In this document: piece by piece, positions 44,570 through 58,505 of the stretch | Position numbering within the stretch: position 1 is the first letter of the stretch | Layout of the letters: the number at the start of each line of letters is the position of its first letter | Assembly (NCBI RefSeq): GCF_009914755.1 | Contig: NC_060931.1 | Length of the DNA: 64,000 nucleotides | Origin: the human T2T-CHM13v2.0 reference genome, Homo sapiens | Reading direction: 5' to 3' (one strand) | Notes under the pieces: generated by a model | Told to the model about the DNA's origin: nothing | Databases searched by the model: none | The model's input: only the letters and a program-made list of their open reading frames with translations | Position numbers and translations under genes: made by a program

Positions 44570-45880
44570 TGTTTTGTCTGCCTTTCCAACCTGGCCTCTG
44601 TCTTCTGCACCTGCTCTGAGCTCCTGGAGGTTGACCTACCCTCCGGCTTCTAGTTTGGGTTGTGCTATGGGGAGGAACTGACGGGAGATTGAAGGTTGGA
44701 ACAATGAGAGGTTGGGTGTTTCTTCCCTGCCACCTCACCACAGGTTGGCTGTGACTCTCCGCCAAAGGCCGCATCATCTCTGTCCATATGGCCACCCTTG
44801 CCAGGTCCTGGTGACAGCTTGCTCCTCTGCCCCTCCAGGCCTTGGGGTCATACCAGCTGCTTCTGTTGCCAGCCCCCGGTCCTTTACACCATCCTTCACT
44901 GGTCTCTTCATACTCTGTGTTTAGCTTTGTAAATTGCTCTCCCTGTTTTGCTGTTAATGTAGTAAGGACATTTAACATGAGATCTACCCTCTTAACAGAT
45001 TTTCGAGTGTATAATAGTATTATTAACTATAGGCATAAGGTTATATAGCAGATCTCTTATTTATCTTGCACAACTGAAATTTGTATCTGTTGAATGGAAT
45101 CTCCCCATTTCTCCCACTCTCCAGCCCCTGGCAACTACCATTCTCCTCTCTATTTCTATGAGTTTGACTAGTTTAGAGAATTCATATAAGTGGAATCATG
45201 CAGTATTTGCCCTTCTGTGACTGGCTTATTCACTTAGCATAATGCCTAGGTTAATCTATGGTTGTTGCATGCAGCAAGCTTCCCTTCTTTTTAAAGACCT
45301 ATTATATGGCATTGTAGGGATGCAATATTGCATATCGCATGGATACAGCTTTCCCTTATCCTTCATCTGCTGATGGACATTTAGGTTGCTTGTATGTTTT
45401 GGCTATTGTGAATAATGCTGCAATGAACATGGGAGTGCAGATATCTCTTTGAGATAGTGATTTCAATTGTTTTGGATATATGCCCAGGAGTAAGATTGCT
45501 GGATCATTCGTAATTTTTTGAGGAACCACCATACTGAGCCCCACAGTGGCTGCACTGATTTACATTCCCACCAATAGCATGCAAGAGTTTCGCTTTCTCC
45601 GCCTCCTCGCCAATATGATTTACTTATTTATTTATTTTGATAATAGCCATCCTAACAGGTATGAGGTGATATCCCCTTGTAGTTTCAATTCGCATTTCCC
45701 TGATGATTAGTGATGTTGGGCATCTTTTCCTGTTGGTCATTTGAATGTCATTGCCTTTGGAGAAATGTCTGTTCAAATCCTTTCCCCATTTTTTAATCAG
45801 GTTGTTCTTTTGCTGTTGGGTTAAATTGTCCTTTTTTGAAACTCTCCTTAATTACCTGTGTCTTGCTATGACCCTGACAT
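44570..45880 (+). mobile_element. LTR33-like ERVL LTR split by an L1
   Basis: LTR33-like body to about 44940, terminal piece ...gaccctgaca at about 45820-45880. Confidence 0.5.
44945..45820 (-). mobile_element. L1MA9/10-like 3' end
   Basis: acatttaacatgagatctaccctcttaaca signature; ORF 45356-45544 is an ORF2 tail remnant. Confidence 0.82.
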
Positions 45881-45943
45881 ATGGGCAGGAGGGGTCACTA
45901 GCTCAGAAGGCAGAGCATGACTGAGGGTTTAAAGTGTCCCACC

Positions 45944-46386
45944 AGTCCAGGGATGGTGGTTCACGCCTGTACTCCTAGCACTTTGGGAGGAAGAGGTGGA
46001 AGGATCACTTGAGCACAGGAATCTGAGACCAGCCTGAGCAACATAGTGAGACCCCATCTCTACAAAACATAAGAAAAGGCCAGGTGCGGTGGCTTGTGCC
46101 TATAATCCCAGCAATTTAGGAGACTGAGGTGGGCAGATCGCTTGAGCCTAAGAGTTTGAGACCAGCCTGGGCAATATAGTGAGACCCCCATCTCTACTAA
46201 AAATAAAAAAAAATTAACTGGACATGGTGGCATGTGCCTGTAGTCACAGCTATTGCAGAGGCTGAGGTGGGAGAATCACTTGAGCCCAGGAGTTCCAGGC
46301 TGTAGTAAGCGATGATTACGCCACTGCATGCCAGCCTGGGTGACATAGTGAGACCCAGTCTCTTTTAAATAAATAAATAAATAAAT
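45944..46386 (+). mobile_element. Left Alu monomer (45944-46077) fused to a full AluJ (46078-46386) with a (TAAA)n tail
   Basis: One TSD-like pair aagtgtcccac (45932-45942) / aagtctcccac (46387-46397) encloses all three arms. Confidence 0.9.
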
Positions 46387-47689
46387 AAGTCTCCCACAGG
46401 GGCCACAGGAAGGAGCCACCCCTGGGATCTCAACCAGCCAGTCCTCCCCCACCTGAGGCTTCTAGAGGGCGAGCAGAGACTCTGGGCTGGGATGCAGGAG
46501 TTTGGTGAAGAAGGGTTTGTCCTTCCTTCCAGGTAGCCCCTCTGCATTGTGTGCTGCAGGAAAACCTGTTTGTATTAGGCAGCCCACATTCTGGGCCTAC
46601 TTATTTGGTGCCCAGATGGTTCCTGTATTTACAAAAGCCCAGCACACTGACAGGACCTGCAGACACATGGATAAATATTTTGCTTTTCTTTTTAGGCAAT
46701 ATTTGAATCTTTCAAATTTGATTGCTGTCAGAGGCAGGATGCTTGCAATCCCCCAGGCAAAGCAAATAGCGAGGGCCTGAAGCGGGGCTGTGGTGGCTGC
46801 TCCAGGCAGGCTCCCTAGCCAGTCACCTGCAGTGCCTGTGGGTTGGCTTCTTGCTCTTGCTGAATGTCAAGGGCCTCTTCCCTCTCTGGCTGGCTGGGCT
46901 GCGGTTGGAGGAGGTTAAAGGAGCTGGCTCCAGCCTGCCTGGAACCAGTGGCAACTTGTTGAGTTTCTGTTGAGGCTGAGAGAATCTGACCTGAGCTAAG
47001 AAATCAGGTACTTTCCTCACACAAGAGGGAGTCACCAATCTGGCCATTCCCAGTGGGACCTGGTTTTGTGTCCCAAGGCTGGGTCTTGGAGGTGTTTTGT
47101 TGAATCTTGAAATTATTGTAGGTAGGGCTGCTGCTAGCTCGTAAGGCAGCATTGTGCAAGTGAGACAAAGGCAGACCTTCTGGCAGGGGCAGCCCCCAAC
47201 ACCCTCCAGCAGGGTGCAAGCCTTGGCCAGCAGAGCAGCAGCTGGGTTTCAGTGCCCAGGTATCCCTGGGAAGTGCCATTGTGCAGGACACAACCTGCCC
47301 AACTGCACATGTCCAAGGCATGATGGTATTCTTGTTACAACCTTCTACCCTTTATATCTTCCTTTCCTCTTTCTTTGATTCCTTTTTTCCCCAAAACCAT
47401 TGACCTAGTTGCCCCGGGGCTACATTTACCAAGTACATTGAGACACTGTTCTGTGATCATATGCCATTTTCTTCTACCTCACTGTGATTAATAAGCCTCT
47501 CCTTGTATTGTCCAGGCAGGGAAGAGGTATTTGCTATAGACTCACAGAGTTCTGCAACAATCGCCTCCTTTAATTCATTAGATTCTAATTTGCCTCAATT
47601 ATTTTAATTCCTTGCATGTAATAAAAGCGGTTGGATTCTTTGCCCACTGCAGTCTTACAAAGAACACCTCGTATTATTCATTTCTTTCC

Positions 47690-48240
47690 TCAAAGCACAT
47701 GTTATTGGTGCTTACCTTGTGCTAGGGGCTGGGAAGATAAAGATGAATGAATAAGACAACATCCCTGCCCTTGAGAAACTCATAATCTAGTTGGGGAGTG
47801 AGGCATGTAAACAGATAAATCACAGTGCAGGAGTGTGTTTGCTGCAGGAAGGACAGAAGCAGGGAAGCTGCTGGTGGAACGCCTGCTGCTGGGGTGCAAT
47901 CTAGATGCAAGGAAGGCTTTGCTGAGGAACTGTCATTTGAGCCATCTCTTAGGATGAGTAGATGTTTACTCATCCTAAGGGAAAGAAAGGCAGGAAGGAG
48001 AATAGATGCTAAGTCAGGAGTGAATATGGCATATTCAGGGTAAGGTGGGAGGTTCACCTAGCTGGAGCCTGGGGTATGTGAAGGCTGGGGCCTGAAGGGA
48101 GCTGGGACTTTATGCCTGAGGAGTGTAGGGTTTATACTGTGTGTAAGAAGCCAACAGAGGGCCTGTGAACGGGGTGTGACATTATCACATTTTCCTTTAT
48201 AGAATACACTCCACATGGGAGGGTGGCCTGGTAGAGGAGG
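47690..48240 (-). mobile_element. L2 fragment (probably continuing at about 49000-49330)
   Basis: ttattggtgcttaccttgtgctagg...ccctgcccttgagaaactcataatctagt. Confidence 0.75.
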
Positions 48241-48332
48241 CTCTCTGGTTAGACAGTCCTGGGTTTTAATCTTGGCACTGCTACCTCCTTGGGTGAGTCA
48301 TTTAATCTCCTCATGCCTCCACTTTCTCATTA

Positions 48333-48648
<316 letters not shown>

Positions 48649-49928
48649 AAAAAATAGGGATGAGGATGGCAATGCCTACTTAATGTGGCTGTAGAATGGA
48701 TTAAATGATTAAATGAGATGATATCAATAACAGAGTTTCCCACTGGTGGAATAAGTCCAGAACCCATAAATAGGTTCCAGGTGTGCTGGAAACCCTGGCT
48801 CCTTCAGTGCCCTAGGAGCCTGGACAGAGCCATGGGCAGCCTCATCTGTTTACTCCAGGGAGCCTTGTAAACATCTTCTGTGTGTGCACCATAGCATAAG
48901 TAAAGTTGGAAACCAGTGGTCTACAGAGCCTTGGCGAGTCCCTCCTATCTCGTAAGTCCTTAAACAATGTGATTGTTGACTGTATCAGGACAACTACTAC
49001 AGGAGGAGGGGAGACAGAGAGTAGGTGCTGGACTCCAGGGACATTTCTGAAGTAGACCTGCAGAATTTGGTGACCAGCTGGATGTCAGGAAGGCAGGGCG
49101 CCCTTGAGGAGGAGGCAGCATTTGCAATGACTGCAGGATTTATGATGTAGACTGGATGGGAGGTGATGCTATTAATGGAAATTGTTATGGAAATTAGAGC
49201 GTGTGGGGTTGGAGGTGTGAATGTGAATGGAGGAAGTGGAGACTGGCTGGTAGACTCCTTTTTCAACAAGTTTTGCAAGTTAAGGAAGGAGGATGACAGG
49301 ATGAAGGTATGAGGAGGAGGTGTGCTTAGGGGGAATGCTGGGGACATGTGAGAGGCTTCAGGATGCTTGTGGGCTAAAGGAAAAGAGGCAGAAAAGTTGA
49401 AAAATGGAAGATGCAGGAAGAGTGCATACTACTCTCTAGAACGTGCCTCTTGGACAGCGTCAGTCCCATGGGAGGAGCATCTGCCAATAACTGGCAACTG
49501 GGCAGTTGTCCAGATATGATTTACAATAAGGCATCAGTTTCATGAGGCACTGTCTAAATTATTGCACTTCACCAATTGCAGGTTCCCTGCTGACAGTGGG
49601 CTAGGGGGTCAAACAGTTCAATCATGTGCACCACTTATAAATTGAAAATCAGTGGGGTGCAAAATGGATTACCATCAAAATCCATTCAGGTGCAAAACCA
49701 AATTTAAAACCCCCTAACCTTTAAAAATCACCCCTTTCCTGATTCTTCACAATGCTCTGACATTGAGTCTTTATATCCCCGAGATGAGCAAGCGTCAATA
49801 GATATGGCTGCAAGAAACCAAAAGTAATGGGGGAAGAGCTCCCCACCGTGCCTTCCTTTTGGAATTTGCAAACATAAAGGGTGGATTTATGCATTAATAC
49901 ACTGGCAATTTTGTTAGTTTCTCCAAGG

Positions 49929-50113
49929 CAGTGGTTCTCAAACTTAAGTGTGTAATAAAATCCCTGGAGGGCTGATTTAAATTCAGATTGCCAGGCTCTA
50001 CTTCCTAGTTTGACTCAGTAGGTCTGGGGTTGAGCCTGAGAAGTTGCACTTGTAGCAAGTTCCTAGGGAATGCTGATGTTGCCAGCCCTGGGACCACACT
50101 TTGAGAATCTCTG
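49929..50113. mobile_element. MER5A (hAT-Charlie MITE)
   Basis: TIRs cagtggttctcaaa...tttgagaatctctg. Confidence 0.85.
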
Positions 50114-50115
50114 CC

Positions 50116-50156
50116 CTAAGATCTAAATTTGACAATCTAAGATCTATTTTGACAAT
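50116..50156. repeat. Short tandem duplication (21/20 bp)
   Basis: ctaagatctaaatttgacaat followed by ctaagatctattttgacaat. Confidence 0.85.
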
Positions 50157-50722
50157 CGACTAGTAAAGCATGCTTTGATTGGTGTTGAGTCTGTTAATAA
50201 ATCAAAATTTTGTTCAAGAAACCTGAAAAGAGACTAGTTCAAAGAGACACGGATTGATCTGAGTGCTTTGTGTTCAGAGGTGAGGTTGGGAGGATGAGGA
50301 TGGGAGGATGGAGGCCCCCACCCACCATTCCCCCAGCTCACCATTCCAGAAAATTGTGTGTGCCCAAAGCACAAATGATATCATTAAGGCTTAACAAATC
50401 CTGCTGTCTGCTGGTCCCGGGGTGGAAACTGTTGATGTCCTTTGATGCCAAACTTCCTCTCTTGGCTTGAAAGTTGATTTTCTTGGGAATGTTAGACAAG
50501 CTGCTATCAGCCTAAACATTGGTTCTTCCCACCTCTGCATGATCCCAAAGACGTATTTTTCCATCTAAATCAATGCTATTTGATTGTAGTTCTACTCTCT
50601 TGCTCTTTTTGAGTTGAAGGTATTGTCTTTCTGTAGTTGTCACCAGGCCCAATATGAAAGAAGTCTTCTTCTCCAGGATGGAAAAATTAATCCCAGAACT
50701 AGTCCAGATGTGGTTGCTGCTT

Positions 50723-50881
<159 letters not shown>

Positions 50882-53468
50882 TGAGTCTCAGTGGCTGTGA
50901 CTGTGCTGTGAGGTCCCCTTTGGAGGGATTGGAGGATTGGATGTGCCTCCTTCTGGGATCTGTGGATGGTCTCAGAACATTGAGATGGTTCCATAAAGTG
51001 CCAATATCTTTGGGTTAGAATTGCCTCAGTTGGTTTTGATTGCATTATAAATTTGGGGAGTTTGCTTCTAAAATTAAAGAAAGAACCAACCGTCAAAACT
51101 TCGGAAACAACTAGCAATTAGACAGTCATCTTATTTCACTACCCTGGTAGGCATGTAAGATTTCACCTACCTGACTGAACCAACTCTTGGGATTTATTAA
51201 TAATTCCAGCCTGTCTTCAAGTTGCTTGGAATATTATTGTGGTAACCTGTTAGTCCCTTGGGTTGCATTTGTAAAGGATGAGACCAGCTGGTGGTTGCAG
51301 GATGCATCACATTGGAGATTTGCATCTGGGTGGGTCACTAAGAAGTAGGATCTGGTCTTTAAAGCTACGGTTTACCCTCAAATGATAGGTTTTGGAACCT
51401 TGGTTCATGTGCAATTCCTCAGCAAAGATCAGAATATCTGTGTGCATTGGTTAGGGCATTTCTTGGCCAGGGATCCTCAGAGACTTAAATGACAACGAGA
51501 GGGTTAGTTCATGAGCAAACAGAGTTTGTTGGCTATTTTTACTTTTCTGCGCCATTGGGATACATTGCTTGTCTGTGGCAGGAGAGCTCTGCTTCCTGCA
51601 GGCACAGTTCTTCAAGCTGACACATTCCTACTGTCAGCAGGTTCATGCTGCCTCTGTTGATTTGTCATGCATTCATAGTCCATCTTTTTTCACCAGATTC
51701 TGAAAGGTTAAGATTCTGTTTTCATCTATATGTGAAGGAGGATTCTTTTATTCCTGACAGTAAAGATCCCTTTATTGGTAAACTTTGAAGATGGTAGATC
51801 TCTAGATGGAAAACATCTCTCTTCTCCTTATAGGTGCTTAGTTATCTTTTTCGTCGATTAGGCCCACCAGGTGTATTCTACTTTTGGGATTGGCTTTAAT
51901 TAAACCACCACAGCTTCGGGTGGGAGTGGGAGGTGAAAGAGACAAGTAAAATTAAACAGAACAATCATTCATTGGTTTCAAGAAGTATATTGTGGCTGCG
52001 TGTCCAGATGATTGTCACTAAATACTCCTGGCCTGAAATGATAGAGCAGGTGCCAATGGATGAGATAGCATTCACTGGGCTGTTTCCCCTACAAGATTTA
52101 TCCATTACTAGAGACACTAAGCAGCACATGGGGATGGAGAGCTAATGTTCAAAGAGGATTCCCATGTGCTGGCATTGAGCTAAGCATACCACATATTTAA
52201 TTTCAATGTTATATTTGCCTTAGAGACACTAGTCATCAGGGTTATTAATTTCCTTTTCAAGGTAGACATGTGAGGACTAAAATGTAGAAATATACAATAG
52301 CTGCTTATTTCCCACAATGTATTGGTCTAATATAGTCCCTTCTTAGGAGCCTAAAAGGGATGTTCAAGATTGATAAGTCCTGTGGATTAACCATTGAAAT
52401 CTAACTTAAGTTATGGGGGTCGTAATAGGATTCAGAATCTAAGAAGGAAGAAATTATTGACATAGCAGCTTGAATTCAAATTAACTCCATTTAACCAAAG
52501 TTGCTGTGTTTCTTTTTGTGCCAGTGAATACCGAGGCCACAGAGGGCTCTTTAGGGAGCTCTAGTTCAGGGGTGGAGGAGGGTGGGGGATGGGGAGAGAC
52601 ATTCATAATACAAGTAATTACAAGGCAATGTGATAATTACAATATAGTAGAATTGCTTTAAGCAAGTAAGATAATTTGGAAATTTTTTAGCAAGAAGGAA
52701 AATTATTTTAGTGTAAATTGCACAGATACTCTTCAGGGAAACCTGGTAGAACTCTTTTGACTGCACACACTGTAGATACCTGGAATTCAAAGAGATTACC
52801 TAGGGAGGCATCGCTGGAAACGTGTCACGAGGCATTGGCAAAGACAGAGAGGAGAGGATAATGCCAAGCTTTGTGGGGTCTTCTTTGAGCCCTGCGTGTC
52901 TCCACGTTCTTATTCCCAAACTGTAGTGCTGTAGGGTTCTGCAAAATCTAGTGTGCAGCCTATGCTGTGAACTGGGGTGACAGATCTATTTTTAACTGAT
53001 AAAAGCCATCTCAACGATTGATATATGAAAAGGTCTCGGGCACTTGGTGTGGGTGAAGTTGAGGCCACCTTTTGGTGAGGGATTCATCTGCCTCTTTCAC
53101 AAAGCCACCTAATGGGCTGTTAAGCAGAGAGAGGGAACATTTGCCATTTCTGACATCGATGACAGTTATTTTTAGCCAGAGGGCAGGTGAGCATCTGTCA
53201 CAACTGAATTTGGTACTAAGTGTAATTGGGAATGCTGGCAAGAGGGGAAGCATAGGAAGTGTCGATTTTAATTTTTAGAGGTCAGATATTGATGACATTA
53301 GGTGGGAAGTAGGCACATAAGCCCCCTTTAAAATAAAGTAGAAATGATTAAATATTAGCCAACTCCTGATCAAACATTGGAAATGAAAAAAAATCAGTTT
53401 GATTTCTTTACTTGGTTTGAGAGTCCTGCACTCTTTAAGTGGAATCAAGTTAATTCTTTTCATTCTAG

Positions 53469-53820
<352 letters not shown>

Positions 53821-53952
53821 TGACCATAATATCTTGTATTCTGTAATTTTTCCTACTATATAGTTTTTGCCAAAGGAAAGAAATTTGATTTTTTTCCTGA
53901 AACACTTTCTGGCAAATATTTGGACTTTGGTTAAATTTGAATTATATACTTT

Positions 53953-54297
<345 letters not shown>

Positions 54298-54588
54298 TGA
54301 ATTACATACTTTTCATCAGGAATTTGCATGTGGCCTCATCATCAACCATTGATATAGAAATAAAATTTTCAAGTAGGAAAAGGCACAGTTTGGTTTAAAA
54401 CTACATTGTGGTTTTTGAAAAGTTAAGCCTACCAATGGGAGGCTTAAATGCTGGTGTGTGCGCTCATACACCTTATGGTCGGGTGACTAGCAGGTGAAAG
54501 GGTAGAAGATTCTGGAGGCCACTAGGCTTACAAATCTAATTGTAAAGAAAGAATAAACTCCATAGGGAGTAAAGGCCAGAGGATGAAG

Positions 54589-54590
<2 letters not shown>

Positions 54591-54646
<56 letters not shown>
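54591..54646. repeat. (TG)28 perfect microsatellite
   Basis: Seen directly. Confidence 0.97.
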
Positions 54647-54647
<1 letters not shown>

Positions 54648-54786
54648 TGGGGAAGAGGGGTGATCTTTGTGGATGAGGTTCAAATGCTGAGTTGTCCAGG
54701 TGAACTGGTGTGTGTGTGTGTGGTAGGGAAGAAGGGTGATCTTTGTGGATGAGGTTCAAATGCTGAGTTGTCTGGGTGAACTGGTG
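54647..54786. repeat. 76-bp-period tandem duplication seeded at the TG repeat
   Basis: 54647-54710 vs 54723-54786, 60/64 identical, separated by (TG)6. Confidence 0.92.
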
Positions 54787-55694
54787 ACCAGGTTCTCACT
54801 CTGGCTTTTTAGGTGATTGCTGGTGGGTGCTGTGGGTGCCTTTCGCCTTCTCACCCTGGGAAAAGGCAGAATTCCTTTTGGAGTTGGGATCCATGTCCTT
54901 AGTCCACCCAGGCCTGGTGCAGCCCATCTGCCTTCCTACCCACCCACTATCTGGCTTGAAGTCCCAGCAGCCCTGGGTGGTCTGTGGTGTGGTGCGGTGC
55001 CCTGGGGTGCAGTGCAAAGCGAGGTAGAACGGCATTTATCCTGCCTCTGTGGGCTCCAAGGGTAAGCTGCATGCCTGACCCAGATCCTCTGGCTGCCTCC
55101 AGGACACAGCGGGACAGGCAAGTGTCACTGGCCAGTGAGGAGGGGACAGGCAGCTGCAGGAGATGAGCTGGGCTGGTGCTGCTCCTGGGTGGGCTGTCTG
55201 GTTTACGTTTTAAATATAACAGAATCTGATTGACAAGGTCAGGGGAAGTGGTGGCATTTTAAATGGAGCTGCTTCACTCTCTCACTAGACTATGTCTTTA
55301 TATGCTTTTCATATCCCACAGTCTATGGTAGCAGTGCTTGTTTGGAGAGTTCGGTGTCCTTGCATGACCCCCAGGAGCTCCTGAGGCCATCCCCAGTAGC
55401 TCTGCTCTTGTTCTCCCCACCACAGGCATTGCCCTTTCAGCACAGGTGGGGCCTGGGCCTTTCCCAGTGTGGCACAACAAGGGGAGGTGGCTGATAGGGA
55501 GTGGGGGGTCTGCGACAGGACCTGGGCAGCCAGGGTGGGCTATATCAGAGGAAGCTGAGAAAACAGGGGATGGGAAGATGTCGCTGAGAGGTGAGTGCAT
55601 CCGTCCCAGGAAGGAACTGGGATGGCATGGAGCTGGGCCTTGGCTGCCCCAGGTGAGGACCCCAGGGAGGCTGGCAGAGGGCACGGCAGCAGAG

Positions 55695-55827
55695 CCTGCC
55701 TGAGGTTGCAGGGCAGACACCCATTGGAAGGTATTAGCTTTACTTCAGCCTGGGTGACAGAGCGAGACTCCATCTCAAATAATACCTGCCTGAGGTTGCA
55801 GGGCAGACACCCATTGGAAGGTATTAG
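55695..55827. repeat. Perfect 43-bp direct duplication flanking a 47-bp Alu-derived insert
   Basis: Copies at 55695-55737 and 55785-55827; insert at 55738-55784. Confidence 0.95.
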
Positions 55828-58200
55828 AAGTGGGTCTTCTTTGCCCCTTGATCTGCTGATCTGCTGGGCAGAGCCTCTGTGGGCAGCTGTTACTAAGGTT
55901 CCCTCAGGGTCAGATCCCGGAGACGCGGACTCACTGTGACGTGAGCTCAGATGTTCTCATTCTGCTTGGCGTTTTCAAGATGGAGGTTTTTGCTCCCAGT
56001 AGATTGCCCCTGGCAGCGAGAATCAGGGAGCTGGAGCTCTACTTTCCTGCAATCAGATGCTCTCTGCTATCTTTCGAGTTGCTGAGAGCCAAGAAACCCA
56101 GAGGTGTTTTTTGAAGCTTTCTTCTGTCAGGACTGAGGGTTCAACTAATTAGATTGGGTAGTCACACAGCACATTTCCAGCTGGCCAGGGAGGGAAAGAG
56201 TGAGAGACGATTTCCCCTCCGAGACTTCCCTACTCCCTACCCCCAACCCCGCAGACACACAGACACGAGCTCACTCATCGGCCCTGTGGCTGTTGCCTCA
56301 GGCAAGCTGAGCACATACCAGGACCAGGCAGAACAGGCTTCTCATCTACAGCATTGGGGGTCCTCGCCTTCACCAGCACAGTGGATCCTTGCACACCTGG
56401 GGCAGAGAACGTCAGTGCCAAGGAGCCATCCTGAAGCAGGGTACAGCCTGGCTGGCAGAGGGAGGGAGAAGAGAGGAGAAGAGGAGGGAGGGAGCAGTGG
56501 GGATGGAGGAAGGGAGGCAGGAGACCAAGACTTTGTGGATGAGCAGGGACATTTTAGTGTCCATACCACTAGGAGGGACAAGAAGTAAAAATCCAGAACT
56601 GTCTCACTTACTGCAGACATGTGGATGACACACTTGGCTCCCTGTCCCCACAGCTCTTGATCTCTCACCACTGCCTGTGGGTTGGCTCAGTCTTAGGGGA
56701 CCAGTCCTGACCCCAGGCTGGTGCATGGTGGGAAGCCCAGCGTGTCCTGGTGCTCTGGTGTGGATCTTGGGGCAGGACTCTTAACTTATGTTTCTTGGCT
56801 AAGCCCAACCCGGCCCCCCACACCTGGACTCTCCGGTGCCCTCTTCCTCACCCTCTCCCTTTCCAGAATTAGAGGGTCCTGCCCCTGAACCCCAGGGTCC
56901 CTGGTGCTGTCTAGACTCTCTCCAGCCACCCTGGGTCCTCCCCTCCCCACTGGCGTCAGCCTTCTCACCCTGAACTTGTGTTGGCTCTTTCCCTGATGGT
57001 ACCTGCCTTCCCTTTCCCAGTGGACTCAGCTGGCAAGTTCTAGCCCAGCCTGCTCCAATGTAGAATGGCCACCTTCTGAACTTTCTTCCCACTCAGAACT
57101 CTCTGGCTTTCTCAGCCTGGGAGCTGCCTAGACACCTGGTCCCTCCTCCCCCAGCCATCCTTGTTATGAGAAGATGAATGCCGTGGACCAAAGGGCTTGG
57201 GATGAAACTAACAGTAATAACAACAGTAAGCACCTCTTTTTGTTCAGTCAGCTGTAATGCTGCTCAGAGGATCACTCGACGTTTCCTCCCAGGAGTCCCT
57301 CCCGTGTTGTTGTGGCTCCTTTGCAGATGAGGTAACCGAGCCAGTGGGAGGGGCTGCCTAGAGGTCCCATCTCAGACCTCAGAGGAATCCGAGGGTGAGG
57401 GCTCAGAATCCAGGCCTGAGCTCCAGTAGGGTCCCTCCAGCTATTTTTTTCTTCATGTTTTTGGCTGATGTTATGGAAAACAGCCTAATGAGGTAAACAT
57501 CCCAGACATTAGAAGCTCAGGTCCCCTGCAGCATCCGCCATTTTCCTTCTCCCACATTCGCATCGGTGCTCAGCCAGTATGAGGCTCTTACTGTTTGCGA
57601 TCTGTTGTTAGCTGCCTCTTGCTTGCAAGACTGGGATCCACGGGGGTCATCACTAGCAAGAAACCACCTCCTTGCCCCAGAACTAGAAAAACTTGGTAGC
57701 AAGAAGACTCAGCCAACAGCGTGTCATCATAGGTTGCCTTGAGTCCTGAAGTCTTTGCTTTTTGCAAACCATTCCTTGTGTCTCTGCCCCAACCCGGCCC
57801 CTGCAGAGAATCTTGTAAACCTTTCAGTATACCCACTGCCTTGTGCCTGTCCTCCCAGAGCTCTGGTGGTATTTATGCACCAGGCCAGGCAGAGAACACA
57901 AACCCCTTAATGTGATATTGCACCAAGATCTGTTCTTGCAGAAGTAACTCATGCCAGGACACTTCCTTTCCCTCTCAGCTTTCCTGCCTGTCAAAACTGA
58001 CCTCTTATTTGTCCCATTCCCTCAGGTTTCTGTTGGAGAACAGGCTTACTGATTTGATGAACATGCTTGAGTTAGGGGGTTAATGTGTTCTTGGATTACC
58101 TTCCCTGGATAGCATTTTTATTTTTCAGGAGGCCTGCCCCAAGGAATGATGGCAAGGGAATTATAGGTAACGTAGAGACGCTTTAAAATTATGAATGTTG

Positions 58201-58468
58201 GGCCAGGCATGGTGTCTCGTGCCTGAAATCCCAACACTTTGGGAGGCCGAGACAGCTGGATCACTTGAGATCAGGGTTCGAGACCAGCCTTGCTAACATA
58301 GTGAAACTCGTCTTTACTAAAAATACAAAAATTAGCTGGGCGTGGTGACATATGCCATACTTGGGAGGCTGAGGCAGGAGAATCGCTTGAACCTGGGAGG
58401 TGGAGTTTGCAGTGAGTGGAGCTCGTGCTGCTTTACTTCAGCCTGGGTGACAGTGAAACTCCATCTCA

Positions 58469-58499
<31 letters not shown>

Positions 58500-58505
58500 T
58501 AATAA
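58201..58505 (+). mobile_element. Alu (AluS-like) with an (AAT)n tail
   Basis: Dimeric body with a small right-arm deletion. Confidence 0.93.

Noticed and set aside
46512-46540. Possible recursive splice site (ttgtccttccttccAG|GTagcc)
   Set aside because: Good acceptor but weak regenerated donor. The alternative ttaacAG|GTAAGC near 3127 lacks a polypyrimidine tract.
48803-48831. Second spaced RE1-like motif (ttcagtgcc-N10-ggacagagcc)
   Set aside because: Left half-site has two mismatches and the site seems to lie in a decayed DNA-transposon fragment.
55298-56671. ORFs of 110-144 aa in a GC-rich stretch, one with a repeated peptide
   Set aside because: No homology or splice support; the repeated peptide is just the 43-bp duplication.
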